Assembly (NCBI GenBank): GCA_051313645.2
Contig: JBNRSN020000012.1
Location: forward strand, 166,160,001-166,224,000
DNA from: Centroscyllium fabricii
Lineage: Eukaryota
Length of the DNA: 64,000 nt
Direction: 5' to 3'
How positions within the stretch are numbered: position 1 is the stretch's first letter; every line of letters begins with the position of its first letter. The notes beneath the pieces were generated by a model that was given only the letters and a program-made list of their open reading frames with translations, was not told where the DNA came from and searched no databases. Positions 49,224 through 62,047 of the stretch are shown here, in pieces. The translations under genes were made by a program, and so were the position numbers.

Positions 49224-49469
49224 GTAAGAAAAATTGAAGGGTGAGCGACCAGGGAAGCGCCGGCTCACCGGGCAGCGGCTATTGACCGCACACTGGGGCA
49301 ACACCTGATTTACTCATTCTCACCCACAGGAAACCCGGGGGCGGGGGGGTGAACAATACTCACCCAGCACTTTGTCTGCAATGTAATCCATAACTCATTT
49401 TTAGTGTGGAAGCAAGTAATCCTCGGTTCCAAGGGACTGCCGAAGAAGGGTAATTCAAACACTCTGCAA

Positions 49470-51530
49470 TGTGTAATGTAATAGCAGAGCACTTGGAAAA
49501 CAGTGACCGGATCCGACAAAGTCAAAAAGGATTTACAAAAGGTAAATCGTGCTTGACTAATCTGCTGGAATTTTTTGAGGATGTAACTGGTAAAATAGAT
49601 AAGGGAGAACCAGTAGATGTGGTGTATTTGGACTTTCAGAAGGCTTTCGATAAGGTCCCGCATAAGAGATTAGTGTGTAAAGTTAAGACTCATGGGATTG
49701 GGGGCAAGGTACTGACTTAGATTAGATTCAATTTTATTGTCATTGCACAGTGAGCAAACACAATACAACAAAATATATTCTTGCAAACTCCCAGGAAACG
49801 ATGCAGATGTTAAAATGTCCGCTGCTTCAAGTCCCAGTCTGTTCAACTCCATGTTGGCCCTGGTGCTCCGACCACGCAGGCTCCGTCGCTCCGAACTCGC
49901 CGACCTCCGGCGCTACGACCACCTCGGTGACCACGCAGGCACCGGCACTCCGACTCTGCAAGCCCCAGTGCTCCGAACTTGCCGACCTCCGGCGCTACGA
50001 CCACGTCGACCTCGGTGACCACGCAGGCTCTGGCGCTCCGAGCACACCGACCCCGATGACCACGCAGGCTCTGGCGCTCCGAGTACACCGACCTCGGTGA
50101 CCACGCAGGCTCCAGCTCCAAACACGACCTCAAGGCCCCGGCGCTCCGACCACGTCGACCCCAGTGCATCCCCAATGCTCCGATCGCGGACATCCCGGTG
50201 CTCCAACAACTCCGTTGCACTGACCCCAGTGCACTACCACGCCGAACCAGCCATCCCCTCCGAGCAAACAGACCAGAACTACCAGCGGACAGCATCACCC
50301 CGGGAGACGCAAAGCCTCTGCGTCTACACGCGCCGCCATCTTGCCATCTGGCTTGGATAGAGAACTGGTTGGCAGACAGGAAGCAAAGAGTTGGAATAAA
50401 CGGGTCTTTTTCCAAATGGCAGGCAGTGACTAGTGGGGTACCGCAGGGATCGGTTCTAGGACCCCAGCTGTTCACAATATAGATTAATGATGTAGACGAG
50501 GGAACTAGATGTAATATCTCCAAGTTTGCAGATGACACTAAGCTGGGTGGGCGTGTCTGCTGTGAGGAGGATGCCGAGAAACTCCAATATAATTTGGACA
50601 GGTTGGGTGATTGGGCAGATGCATGGCAGATGCAGTGTAATGTGGATAAATGTGAGGTTATCCACTTTGGTGGCAAAAACAGGAAGGCAGATTATTATCG
50701 GAATGGCAATAGATTGGGAGAAGAGGAAGTGCAACGAGACCTGAAATAACAACGGAAAATGCTGGAAAAACTCAGCAGTTCAGGCAACATCCGTGAAGAG
50801 AGAAATAAGAGTCAACGTTTCGGGTCGGGACCCTTTATCAAATTGTGCACCAGTCGCTGAAGGTGAGCATGCAGGTGCAGAAGTGGTTAAGAAGGCAAAT
50901 GGTATGTTAGCCTTCGTAGCGAGAGAGTTCAAGTACAGGAAGAAGGATGTCCTGCTGCAGTTGCACAGGGCCTTGGTGAGACCACACTTTGAGTATTGTG
51001 TGCAGTTTTGGTTGCCTTATCTAAGGAAGGATGTTCTTGCCATGGAGAGAGTGCAGTGAAGTTTCACCAGACTGATACCTGGGATGGCAGGAATGACGTG
51101 TGAGGAGAGATTGGGTCGATTGAGCTTATACTCGCTGGAGTTTAAAAGAATGAGAGGGGATCTCATTGAAATTTATAAAATTCTAACAGGACTAGACCGA
51201 CTAGATGCAGGAAGGATGTTCCCGATGGCCGGGGAGTCCAGAACCAGAAGTTACAGTCTAAGGATAAGGGGTAAGCCATTTAGGACAGAGTTGAGGAGAA
51301 ATTTCTTCATCCGAGAGTGGTGAACCTGTGGAATTCTCTACCACAGAAGGCAGGTGGCTAATTTATTAAATATATTTAAGAACGAGTTAGATATATTTCT
51401 TAAGTCGAAAGGGATCATGGGATAGGGGTAAAAGGCAGGGACAGGGTACTGAGTTTGGATGATCAGCCATGATCTCATTGAATGGCTGGGTCGAGGGGCC
51501 GAATGGCCTGCTCTCATCTTCTATGTTTCT
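49470..51530 (+). mobile_element. CR1 LINE ORF2 3' part, interrupted at ~49718-50350 and ~50745-50845
   Basis: SCLTNLLEFF, VYLDFQKAFDKVPH, VTSGVPQGSVLGP; standard CR1 tail. Confidence 0.88.
49718..50350 (-). mobile_element. Non-autonomous retroposon with GC-rich internal repeats and a Rex1/Babar-like tail
   Basis: 5' CAAGATGGCGGCG; 3' CAATGACAATAAAATTGAATCTAATCT; imperfect TSD CTGACTT/CTGGCTT. Confidence 0.6.
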
Positions 51531-51554
51531 GTGATCCAATCATTGTCAGGCAGG

Positions 51555-51682
51555 CTGCCGGGTTCTGAGAGCGGACGGCGCTCACCCTGCCGGGTTCTGA
51601 GAGCGGACGGCGTTCACCCTGCCGGGTTCTGAGAGCGGACGGCGCTCACCCTGCCAGGTTCCGAGAGCGGACGGCGCTCACC
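51555..51682. repeat. 32-bp GC-rich tandem repeat, about 4 copies
   Basis: Unit CTGCCGGGTTCTGAGAGCGGACGGCGCTCACC. Confidence 0.9.
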
Positions 51683-51903
51683 CCAATCTTGTGTAATAAC
51701 CTTTTATGTGGCACCTTATCGAATGCCTTTTGGAAATCCAAAAATACTACATCCACTGGTTCCCCTTTATCTACCCTGCTAGTTGCAGCAGCAAAAAACC
51801 TCTAATAAATTTGTCAAACACGAATTCCCTTTCATAAAACCATGTTGACTCTGCCTAATCATGTTATGATTTCCTGAGTGCCCTGATACCACTTCCTTAA
51901 CAA

Positions 51904-54675
51904 CAGGAAACACTGGAAAAACTCAGCAGGCCAGGCAGCATCGGTGGAGAGAGAAACAGAGTTAACGTTTAAGGTCGAAGACATTTCTTCAGAACTGGAG
52001 AGGGGATAGATTTGAAAGCTGGTGGGGGCTGGGGAAAAGGGGAGGGGCTGAAAGAACAAAGGGAAGAACAGCAACAGGATAGAAGACAGCGGAGATTAAG
52101 AGACATTGAGAAACATTAAGAGAAATTCAAGGAACACAGGATGGCTCTACAGGTGTGAACGGCTCTGGCAGAGAAAAGAAAAAAGAAAAAAGCCCAGACG
52201 AAAGTGTGGATTGAAAAAAGAGAGAAAATATATATATATATATAAAAATGTGATGGGGCCGAGGTTATGATCTAAAATTGTTGAACTCTATGTTTAGTCC
52301 AGAGGGCTGTAGAGCGCCGAAGCGAAAGATGAGTTGCTGTTCCTCGAGTTTACGCTGAGCTTGCGTGGAACAATGCAACAGGCCCCAGACAGTGAGATCT
52401 GAATGGGAGTGGAGTGGAGAATTAAAATGACAGGCCACTGGGAGCTCGGGGTCCCCTTTACAGACCGAACGGAGGTGTTCCGTAAAGCGGTCACCCACCC
52501 AATCTGCGTTTGGTGTCCCCAATGTAGAGGAGACCACATCGCAAGCAGCGAATACAGTATACCAATTTGCACGAAGTACATGTAAATCGCTGTTTCACCT
52601 GGAAGGGGTGTTTGGGGCCCTGGACAGTGGGAAGGGGGGGAAGTATAAGGGCATGTGTTGCATCTCCTGCGCTTGCATGGGAAGGTGCCGGGCAAAGGGG
52701 TGCTGGGGGTGGTAGAGGAGTGGACTAGGGTGTCGCGGAGGGAGCGGTCCCTACGGATTGCTGAAAGGGGAGGTGATGGGAATGTGCATTTGGTGGTGGG
52801 ATCACACTGGAGGTGGCGGAAATGGCGGAGGATGATCTGTTGAATGTGGAGGCTGGTGGGGTGATAGGTGAGGACAAGGGGAACTCTATCGTGGTTCCGG
52901 GAGGGAGAGGCAGGGGTGAGGGCAGAAGTGCGGGAGATAGAACGGACACGGTCGAGGGCCGTGTCAACCACAGTAGAGGGGAATCCTCGGTTGAGGGAAA
53001 AGGAAGACATGTCAGAAGCACTGGTGTGGAAGGTGGCATCATCAGAGCAGATGCGGCGGAGACGGAGAAACTGGGAGAATGGAATAGAGTCCTTACAGGA
53101 GGTGGGGTGCGAGGAAGTGTAGTCCAGGTAGCTGTGGGAGTCGGTGGGCTTGTAGTGAATGTTGGTCAGTAACCTATCCCCAGAGATGGAGACGGAGAAG
53201 TCGAGGAAGGGAAGGGAAGAGTCGGCGATGGACCATGTGAACGTGAGGGAATGGTGGAAATAGGAAGCGAAGTGAATGAAATTTTCTAGTTATGGGCGAG
53301 AGCAGGAGATGGCACCGATACAGTCATCAATGCACCGGAAAAAGAGGTGAGGGAGGGGACCTGAGTAGTACTGGAACAAAAGGTGTTCCACATATCCCAC
53401 GAAAAGGCAGGCATAGCTAGGACCCATGCGGGTACCCATAACAACACCTTTGATTTGGAGGAAATGAGCGGAGTCAAAGGAGAAGTTGTTCAATGTGAGA
53501 ACATGTTCAGCCAGGCGGAGGAGTGTGGTGTTGGATGGGGACTGGTCGGGCCTCTGTTCAACGAAGAAGTGGAGCGCCCTCAGGCCATCCTGGTGGGGGA
53601 TGGAGGTGTAGAGGGATTGTACGTCCATGGTGAAAAAGAGGCGGTTGGGGCCGGGAAACTGAAAACTGTTAAAGTGGCGGGAAGAGACTGGACAAGGGGA
53701 TAAAAAAGAGTCGAGATAAGAACAGACTGAGATGATGGGTCTACCAGGGCAGTCCTGTTTGTGGATCTTGGGAAGGAGGTAGAAGTGGGCTGTGCGGGGT
53801 TGGGGAACTATGAGGTTGGCGGCCGTAGGGGGAAGATCTCCAGAGCAAATGAAGTCAGTGACAGTCTTGGAAACGGTGGTTTGATGTTCGGTAGTGTGGT
53901 CATGGTCCAGGTGGAGGTAGGAGGAGGTGTCAGAGAGTTGGCGTTCAGCTTCCACTAGGTAGAGGTCGGTTTGCCAAACAACAACAGCACCACCCTTGTC
54001 AGCAGGTTTAATGACAATGTCGGGGTTGGATCTAAGAGAATGGAGTTCAGAGGGAGGTAGGTTGAAGTGAGTGAGGGGAGCAGAGAAATGGAGATGGCCA
54101 ATGTCACGGCAGCAGTTTACAATGAAAAGATCTAGAGAGGATGAGAGGCCAGGGGGAGGGTTCCAGGGAATTCTGAAAGTGGGAGAAAGGGTCAGCTGTG
54201 CGGGGGGGGGGGGGGGGGAAGACTCCTGGCCAAAGAAGTGGGCGCGAAGGCGGCGGAAAAAGAGCTCAACATCATGCCGAGCTCGAAATTCATTGAGGTG
54301 GGGGCGTAAGGGGATGAAGTTCAGGCCTTTGCTGAGGACTGATCGTTCGGGGTCAGAGAGGGGAAGGTCAGAGGGGATAGTGAAAACGTGGCAGGGGGTG
54401 AGATTGGGAGAAGGGGATTCAGAGGAATGGGGAAGAAGGTTCCGGAGGGGCGTTGGTGTTCAAGAGTTGATGAAGCTTGCGATCCTTGACATCGGAAAGG
54501 AAGAAAAAATGTTTTTTTGTTGAAGCGTCAGTTGAGTCGAAGGATGAAATGGAACTGTGGATCCGGACAGCTTTGAGATAGAGTGCGTCGGTGCTGTTGA
54601 AGAGAGAGGTCGAGATTATTCATGTGGCGCTGCATGGCATTGAGCGTGGATCTCAAGATGCGGCGAGAGCAGCAG
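51904..54675 (-). mobile_element. Penelope-like element (RT plus GIY-YIG endonuclease), degraded, inserted in a CR1
   Basis: FYLLPKIHK, MDVQSLYTSIPH, MGTRMGPSYA, RFTEHLRSV...PVACHFNS, GLNIEF; TSD TTCCTTAACAA (51893-51903, 54676-54686). Confidence 0.9.
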
Positions 54676-56579
54676 TTCCTTAACAATGGATTCCAGCATT
54701 TTCCCAACAACTGATGTCCGGCTAACTGGCCTACAGTTCCCTGTTTTTTCTCTCTCCCTCCTTTCTGGAATAGCGGTGTTACATTTGCTACCTTCCAATC
54801 CGATGAGACCATTCTAGAATCTAGGGAATTTTGGAAGATCAAAACTGATAGACTATCTCTGCAGCCTCCTCTTTGTGAACTCTAGGATGTAGGCCGTCAG
54901 GTCCAGGGGATTTGTCAGCTTTTAGCCCAATTCGTTTCTCTAGTACTTTTTCTCTACTTATATTAATTACGTCATGTTCCTCACCTTCATTAGACCATTG
55001 GTTTCCCACGATTTTTGGTATGCTTTTTATGTCTGCTACTGTGAAGACAGATACAAAATATTTGTTTAAAGTCTCTGCCAGTTCCCTAGTCCCCATAATA
55101 ATACCTCCTGTCTCAGCCTCTAATGGTTTACATTTATTTTTGCTACTCTCTTCCTTTTTACATGCTTGCAGAAGCTCTTACAATCTGTTTTTATATTTCT
55201 TGCTAGTTTTCTCTCATTCTATTTTTTCCCTTTTTATCAATGTTTTGGTCATCTTTTGTTGGTTTCTGAAACTCTCCCAATCCTCAGGCTTACTACTATT
55301 GTTTACAACAGTATAAGCTTCTTCTTTCAATCTAATGCTATCCTTAGCCACGGATGGATCACTTACCGTGGACCTTTTGTTTCTCAGTGGAATGTATTTT
55401 TGTTGAAAATTATGAAATATTTCTTTTAAATGCTAGGCATTCCTTATCTATCGCCATAACTTTAAATTTCTTTTTCCAATCTACCTTAGCCAGCTCGCCC
55501 CTCATTCCCATGTAATTGGCAGCAAAGAGTCCGTGTACCCCGGCTCCCAAATTGTGGCTGTCTACTGGCTACCTCTGATCTTACTGTCCACCATCCCTCA
55601 TAATATCATCATCGTCGTCTGCTGTACCTCAACCCTACTGCTGCTGAAATGCTCATCCATACCTTTGTTGCCTCAAACCTCAACTTATTCAATGTTCACT
55701 ACTCTTCTCAAACTTCAACACTGGCTCGATATTATCCCACACACCCAACACTCCTATCCTCACCAACCTCAACCGGCTCTCTCTTTCCCAAAGTATTGAT
55801 TTCAAAATCCTTGTTTTGTGATTTATAAAGCTTCAGCATAACCTCCTTGCTTTTGTGCTCTATGCATCTATTTGTAAAAACAAGGATCCCGTTTGCTTTT
55901 TTAACAGCCTTCTAAACTTGTCCTGCCATTTTCAAAGATTTGTGTATATGAACTCCAGGTCTCTGTGTTCCTGAACCTCCTTTAAAATTGTACCATTTAG
56001 TTTGTATTGCCTCTCCTCATTCTTCCTACTAAAATGCGTCACTTCACACTTCTCTGCATTAAATTTCATCTACCATATTTCTGTCCATTTCACCAGTCTG
56101 TGTATGTCCTTCTGCTATCCTCTTCATTGTTTACTGCATTTGCAAGTTTTCTGTCATCTGCAAACCTTTAAATTATACCCTGTATATGCCCAAGTCCAGG
56201 TCATTAATATATATCATACTAATATATTTTAAAAAATCAGTGGTCCTAATACCGACCCCTGGGGAACAACACCACTGTATACCTCCCTTAGCCAATTTGT
56301 ATCCATGGGCTTTAATTTTGCCAACAAGTCTCGCACGTGGTACTTTACCAAATGCCTTTTTGAACGAACATCTAAGCAATGTTCGTTCAAACACTACCCT
56401 CATCAACCCTCTCCATTACTTCATCAAAGAACTCAGTCAGGTTTGTCAAAAGTTAGTGATTAACTCGAAAAGGATTTTCTTTCTATGTGTCTTTCAAGTA
56501 ACTTTCTTACTAATTAGCTACAGATAGAGGGTCATTATTCTGACTTTAATTTTCCTATATTACAACAATGATTGATAAA

Positions 56580-57170
56580 GAAAGAAAGACTTGCATTCCT
56601 TTCACAACCACCGGACATCTCAAAGCGCTTTACAGCCAATGAAGTACTTTTGGAGTGTATTCATTGTTGTCATGTGGGAAATGTGGCAGTCAGTTTCAAG
56701 ATTAAGGAAAGAGACTTGTGTTTCTATACCGCCATATTATCTCCAGGCGTCCCAAGCGCTTTACAGCTAATGTACTTTTGAAGCGTAGTTACTTCATGTA
56801 ATATAGGAAATGCAGCAGCCAATTTGCACACAGCAAGCTCTCACAAACAGCAATGTGATGATGACCAGATAATCTGTTTTTTAGTGATGTTGATTGAGGG
56901 ATAAATATTGGCCAGGACACCGGGGATAATTCCCCTGCTATTTTTCAAAATAGGGCCATGGGATCTTATACGTTCATCTGAGAGAGCAGATGGGGCCTCA
57001 GTTTAACATGTCATGCAAAAGACGACACCTCTGATAGTTCAGCACTTCCTCACTACAACACTGGAGTGGCAGCCTAGATTTTTGTGCTCAAGTCTCTGGA
57101 GTGGGACTTGAACCCACAACCTTCTGACTCCGAGGCGAGAGTGCTGCCCACTGAGCCACAGCTGACACTT
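56580..57170 (-). mobile_element. Deu-domain tRNA SINE (SacSINE1-like); other pieces at 46010-46240 and 48420-48535
   Basis: Minus-strand head TGGCTCAGTGG...GGGTTCAAGTCC; core GTCCTGGCCAATATTTATCCCTCAA shared among copies. Confidence 0.65.
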
Positions 57171-57679
57171 CAAAAAAAGTACTTCACTGCTTGACTGTAA
57201 AGTGCTTTGGGATGCCCTGAGGTCATGAAAGGCACGATATAATTGCAAGCCTTTCTGCTTTTTCTCTGTTTATTCCACACCTATTTTCAGAAACAAGTTG
57301 CTCAGTCAGCCTCCTAGACCTGTCATTCTGCCACTGCTCTCATTCAGCCATTTGCTATGTATCTGGTATGCAAATCCCTGTGTCTTCCACTTCTCCTGGA
57401 GAGCTGGCATTCCCAGAATTCCAGTAGTAAGCCTTTGGCGTTTCCCAGAATTCAGTAATGCAGTTTGGGAAGCTGCTTTTCTCCAGTGTGTGCTGTAGAA
57501 GAATTAGTGCGAGAAGGGAACGCAGATGAGGTTTCTTTGGAGTAACAAAAAATTTAAAAAACAAACAAATCTTGTGCCTCGAATCTCCTAAATTTGGAAA
57601 ACAATTTCTTGCCCAATCACATCTGTTAAATACTGTCTGAAGCTGGGAGTGGAATGCTGACTGTTCTGTGTTTCTACAG

Positions 57680-57758
57680 ATAGTGATCCCTTGTACTCTG
57701 AACCCTGGCTGCAATCAGTGAGTCTGAACAGACACATTATAAAGAATGGGTTTCATAG
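57680..57758 (+). CDS. PIGX: PIG-X exon 2
   Basis: CAG|...SLNRHIIKNGFHR|GTAAGG; phases fit exons 1 and 3. Confidence 0.85.
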
Positions 57759-57963
57759 GTAAGGACTAAAAATTATACATATGTTTTTACATTATTTTAC
57801 TACAGAACGGCCAGAGTAGGCCGAATTGGTTTAAGCGGTGTGCTCACAAATCCTATCTTTTGATCACAATGACGCTCATTAAAATTGGAGAAGGATGAAA
57901 CTTTAGACAATGTAACAATTTCAGAGCTGAAGACTTTGTACTCTGTCAGGATAGGCACTATAG

Positions 57964-58268
57964 ATAATAATAATAATAATTAATAATAATTCAACTTTAT
58001 TGTCATTATACAATGTACAAGTACATGAACAACGAAATGTGATCTTGCAAGCTCCCAAGAGTCCAGCAAAGCCGCTGCGTCTGTGCGCGCCGCCATTCCA
58101 TCTTTCCATCATTCCGACAATCTTCAGCCAACCGCCCCTCCCCGGGGCTCCTTTCGTGACCTTCTGCACCTGGCATTCCCTGGTGGTCGCCCCTCCAAGT
58201 ACTAACCAGGCCTGGCTCTGCTTAGCTTCCAAGCCTTGCCAGTGGCCCTGTCCCAGGAACAGGATTCC
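57964..58268 (-). mobile_element. 5S rRNA-derived SINE, copy 2
   Basis: Near-identical to 30781-31088; 5S segment 58160-58230; (ATT)n tail. Confidence 0.88.
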
Positions 58269-58376
58269 TTCCGCTCTGCGTCTCCTTACTGAAGCGGGCT
58301 GGAGCCGTGGTCCCGGCCCCGAGAAATCCTGGCCCGCTGGTGTTCCCGCAAAGGGGGGGGGGTGCGAGTGCTCCCG

Positions 58377-58796
58377 TTAGGTGTATTCGCAGAGGTGCCC
58401 ACAGCCAGTCGGGCAGTGGGAGTGGAACTGGAACCAGTCCATGACGTGCTGGAGGTGGCCTCCGTGGGCACATCCCTGGCACCAGACAAACAGCCCCTTC
58501 ACCGCATGGTGGCAAATCGCACAGGTGCTAGCTCCATGGCGACACCTCTCGCACATCCAGCCTCGGGTGTTCATCGGCCGCTTGCAGTTGTTGCAGTTCA
58601 CGTGCAGGGTCGTCGACGCCTGGTTCAGGCAGTTGATGGATCTGTACGTGCTCAGTTTGATCACCTCGTTGGCCACGTTCCAAAGTCGGAAGCGCTGGAG
58701 GAGGTCAATGTAGGACGTGTACCAGTGCTCCTGTGTCTGCTCATCGATTTCTTTTTTAATCCTGTCTCCGAGCACAATCAGGACAGATATCGCCAT
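58377..58796 (-). pseudogene. WDR24: Processed, 5'-truncated WDR24 (GATOR2) retrocopy with an open C-terminal zinc-finger/RING ORF
   Basis: [23 protein letters not shown]...[12 protein letters not shown]...[26 protein letters not shown]...[11 protein letters not shown]; lies antisense in PIGX intron 2; no upstream WDR24 exons seen in the window. Confidence 0.88.
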
Positions 58797-59375
58797 TATT
58801 AAATAGAATCAACTAATTGGTATTTATTGAGTTAGAATTGTGAGGTTAAAACACACCAGAAAGAGAGACACCGCAGTATCAGACAGGCTTTTATCACAGT
58901 AGGGGCCAACTGTATATGTTCTTTTTTGTGCTTTGGCAACATAGGATGTATCTTGTCATGCCAATAAAGCAATTTGAATTGAATTGAATTGAGTGTGAAG
59001 AAGGAATTTTGATTGCCAGTGTAGATAAGAGAAAAGAGACCAGGTCAAAATCCTGGAACACTCTACCTAACAGTCCTGCGGGAGCACCTTCACCACAAAG
59101 ACTGCAGCAGTTCAAGAAGGTGGCCCGTCTCGAGGGCAGTTAGGGATGAGCAATAAATGCTGGCCTTGCCAAAGACGCCCACAACCCATGAATGAATTTT
59201 TAAAAAAGTACTGAGCTAAGAGGAGAGTTGCTAAGCCTTTCAGAGTTAAAGCAAGGCACAGAACATGACAAATGAAGATGGATATCCTATTTTTCATGTG
59301 GTTAATTTGGAGAATGTGTTGTTGAACAGGTAAAAGTCTGCATTATTGTGACTAATTGACTGCTTGCTTGTGTAG

Positions 59376-59511
59376 AGAGATGGTGATGGATGTTCAGTTC
59401 GGTGAAGGTGCCCGCTCAGACTGTTCCATTATGATTAAGGAGCAGTTACCTCAAGGACTTTATGTGGATCCATACGAGCTTGCAGCACTACGAGAGCATA
59501 ACAGTGGAAAG
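59376..59511 (+). CDS. PIGX: PIG-X exon 3
   Basis: EMVMDVQFGE...LPQGLYVDPYELAALREHN; AG/GT boundaries in phase. Confidence 0.93.
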
Positions 59512-60516
59512 GTGTGAGAAATTCAACCTTGCATTATTTATCAGTAATAAGGACAGAGCAGGAGTATTGTGACCTTGTTTAATTATTTTTGGTCACTTTG
59601 TCATTATCAAAGTGAAAAGTGTCACTGCTAGTGAGTGGAGTATGATTTTCACAATGTCAGTGTTACAATCCATCTCCTAGGTTAAGTCTAGCACTGGTAT
59701 GTATCTAGGATAAAACTGCAATGTCACATTCAAGCAAGACCAAGTACTGCATATGCTATATACAGGGTAACATTCCTTATACTGTCCCAGCAAGTAATTC
59801 CAGACCAAGTTAGCTATAAGGTACAAACAATGTACTTTAAACCCAACTTTAGTCATAGTTGTAGTCATACACAGCTTTTAGATTGCTCTTTGACTGCTAG
59901 CTCTTGCAGCTGTGGAAACCTGACATTTTTAGACCCATTTTCCACTGATCTTATTGAGACTTGTAAATGAGCTGCTGCCATGCTTTGGTGGTGACACCAT
60001 TATGCGCAAATATTCTTTATAGAGGCATCATGTCACAGCCAGCCCTGCATATGTGCAGCCTCTGCACCTTACAAAATAAATGGCAGGAGAGCTTTTCAGG
60101 TAGCTCACTCTCAGAGCCAGGTTGCAATGTAGAAGCAGCTGTACATTCTAATATCAGAAGTGTGAAATGGGAAGCATTATTACAACACCATAGCAAAATA
60201 CTGCAGATGCAGAAAATCTGAAATAACAACAGAAAATTCTGGAAACACTCAGCAGGCCAGGCAGCATCCATGGAGAGAGAAACAGAGTTAACGTTTCAGG
60301 TCTGTGACCCTTCGTCAGCGCTATTACAACTACTGTGTATTCATTTTGATTAGCAATGCCATTTATTTCAACCGCAGCAATGGTGCTAACCCTATTGCAT
60401 TATAACTGGTAGTACAAACTATTGAGAATCATTCACTTAGATGTATATAGTGACATTGGTTACTGTTTGTTTCTAGCTAGTTAAGCTGGCTATTAATGTT
60501 TGTGACTGCTATGCAG

Positions 60517-60730
60517 ATATTCATTCAGAATGAGATCGACATTGAAGCTCCGGAATACTTATCAACAGTGCACACGATTATCATCTACCTCAAGCCTGAC
60601 CCCAGACACACTGGACGTTTTACTGGCACAGTCCCATTGCATATACGATATCATCGACCAACTGACACGGATGAAACCAATTCTTTGGTGACCCTTGCAG
60701 ATCCACACTTGATGATTCACTGCCAGAGAA
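60517..60730 (+). CDS. PIGX: PIG-X exon 4 (gene continues beyond window)
   Basis: IDIEAPEYLS...VPLHIRYHRP...DPHLMIHC; CAG acceptor and GTATGT donor. Confidence 0.93.
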
Positions 60731-61587
60731 GTATGTAACAAATTAGAATGGGTGGCATCAGTTTGTTTTTTTGCCTTCCAATTTTCTATCCTCCCCTCAC
60801 TCCTATTATTCAGGTATGGTTCTGTAGAGGCCAGCTATTGTCTCGTTTCTCATTCAGTAAGTCTCGACTGTTTATTTGACTCTGGGGATGCACCAATCCC
60901 AATTCCATCCACACATGATTCCCACACTGGATTGCAACCTGCAGTGGAAACCCTGGCTTTTTTTTCTCCCCTCCCTAACCCAGGGATGCTGAAGTCAATT
61001 GTAGCACCCTAATTGCTGTTCTGTTTCAGTTCAGGTCAGTCAACAAAGAACAGACCATGATCTGTATAGCTCGGGTCCACACGGGGCTTTTTGTGCTGTA
61101 GATTGCAATAAACTTGATTTCTAGTGGAAACCTTTTACTGTAAAGGCAAACTTGTAAGTAGGGTTGCCAACTCTGGTTGGATGCATTCCTGGAGGTTTTG
61201 CCATCTGACCATGCGCCATCTGCAAATGTTACTGCACTCACCTTACAAAGATTGGGTCCCCTGTAGTTGAATATCTTTGCTTGTGGTTTTGCACCAGCAG
61301 CTGTTGTACGAGTAATTCTGAAAACCAGAGGCTCCCCGTGAGCGGGGGGTGGGGGAAGAGTGGAAACAGGGGTGAGGGGGGAACTGGGGGTGAGGGGGGA
61401 ACGGAGGGCAGTGGGGGGAGAGGAGGGGGAACAGTGTGTGGTGAGGAGGGGGGGGGGGGGACCAAGGGTGTTGGGGGGAACCGGAGTTGGAAGAAATTTG
61501 ATTTCACTAGTAACTCACTGAAAGTGCACCAATAACTAATACTGTAAAACTCATTTCCCTCATAACCAACAGTAATATAATAACTCA

Positions 61588-62047
61588 CTGATAGTAATAG
61601 GTGTGATATGTAACTGATAGTAATAGGTGTGATATGTAACTGATAGTAATAGGTGTGATATGTAACTGCTAGTAATAGGTGTGATGTGTAACTGATAGTA
61701 ATAGGTGTGATGTGTAACTGATAGTAATAGGGGTGATATGTAACTGCTAGTAATAGGTGTGATGTGTAACTGATAGTAATAGGTGTGATGTGTAACTGAT
61801 AGTAATAGGGGTGATATGTAACTGCTAGTAATAGGTGTGATGTGTAACTGATAGTAATAGGTGTGATGTGTAACTGATAGTAATAGGTGTGATGTGTAAC
61901 TGATAGTAATAGGTGTGATGTGTAACTGATAGTAATAGGGGTGATATGTAACTGCTAGTAATAGGTGTGATGTGTAACTGATAGTAATAGGTGTGATGTG
62001 TAACTGATAGTAATAGGTGTGATATGTAACTGATAGTAATCGGTGTA
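61588..62047. repeat. 26-bp minisatellite, about 17 copies
   Basis: Unit GATAGTAATAGGTGTGATRTGTAACT. Confidence 0.95.

Noticed and set aside
58377-58796. True last exon of a resident WDR24 gene
   Set aside because: No splice acceptor before the ORF, no other WDR24 exons seen, and it is attached to a SINE inside PIGX
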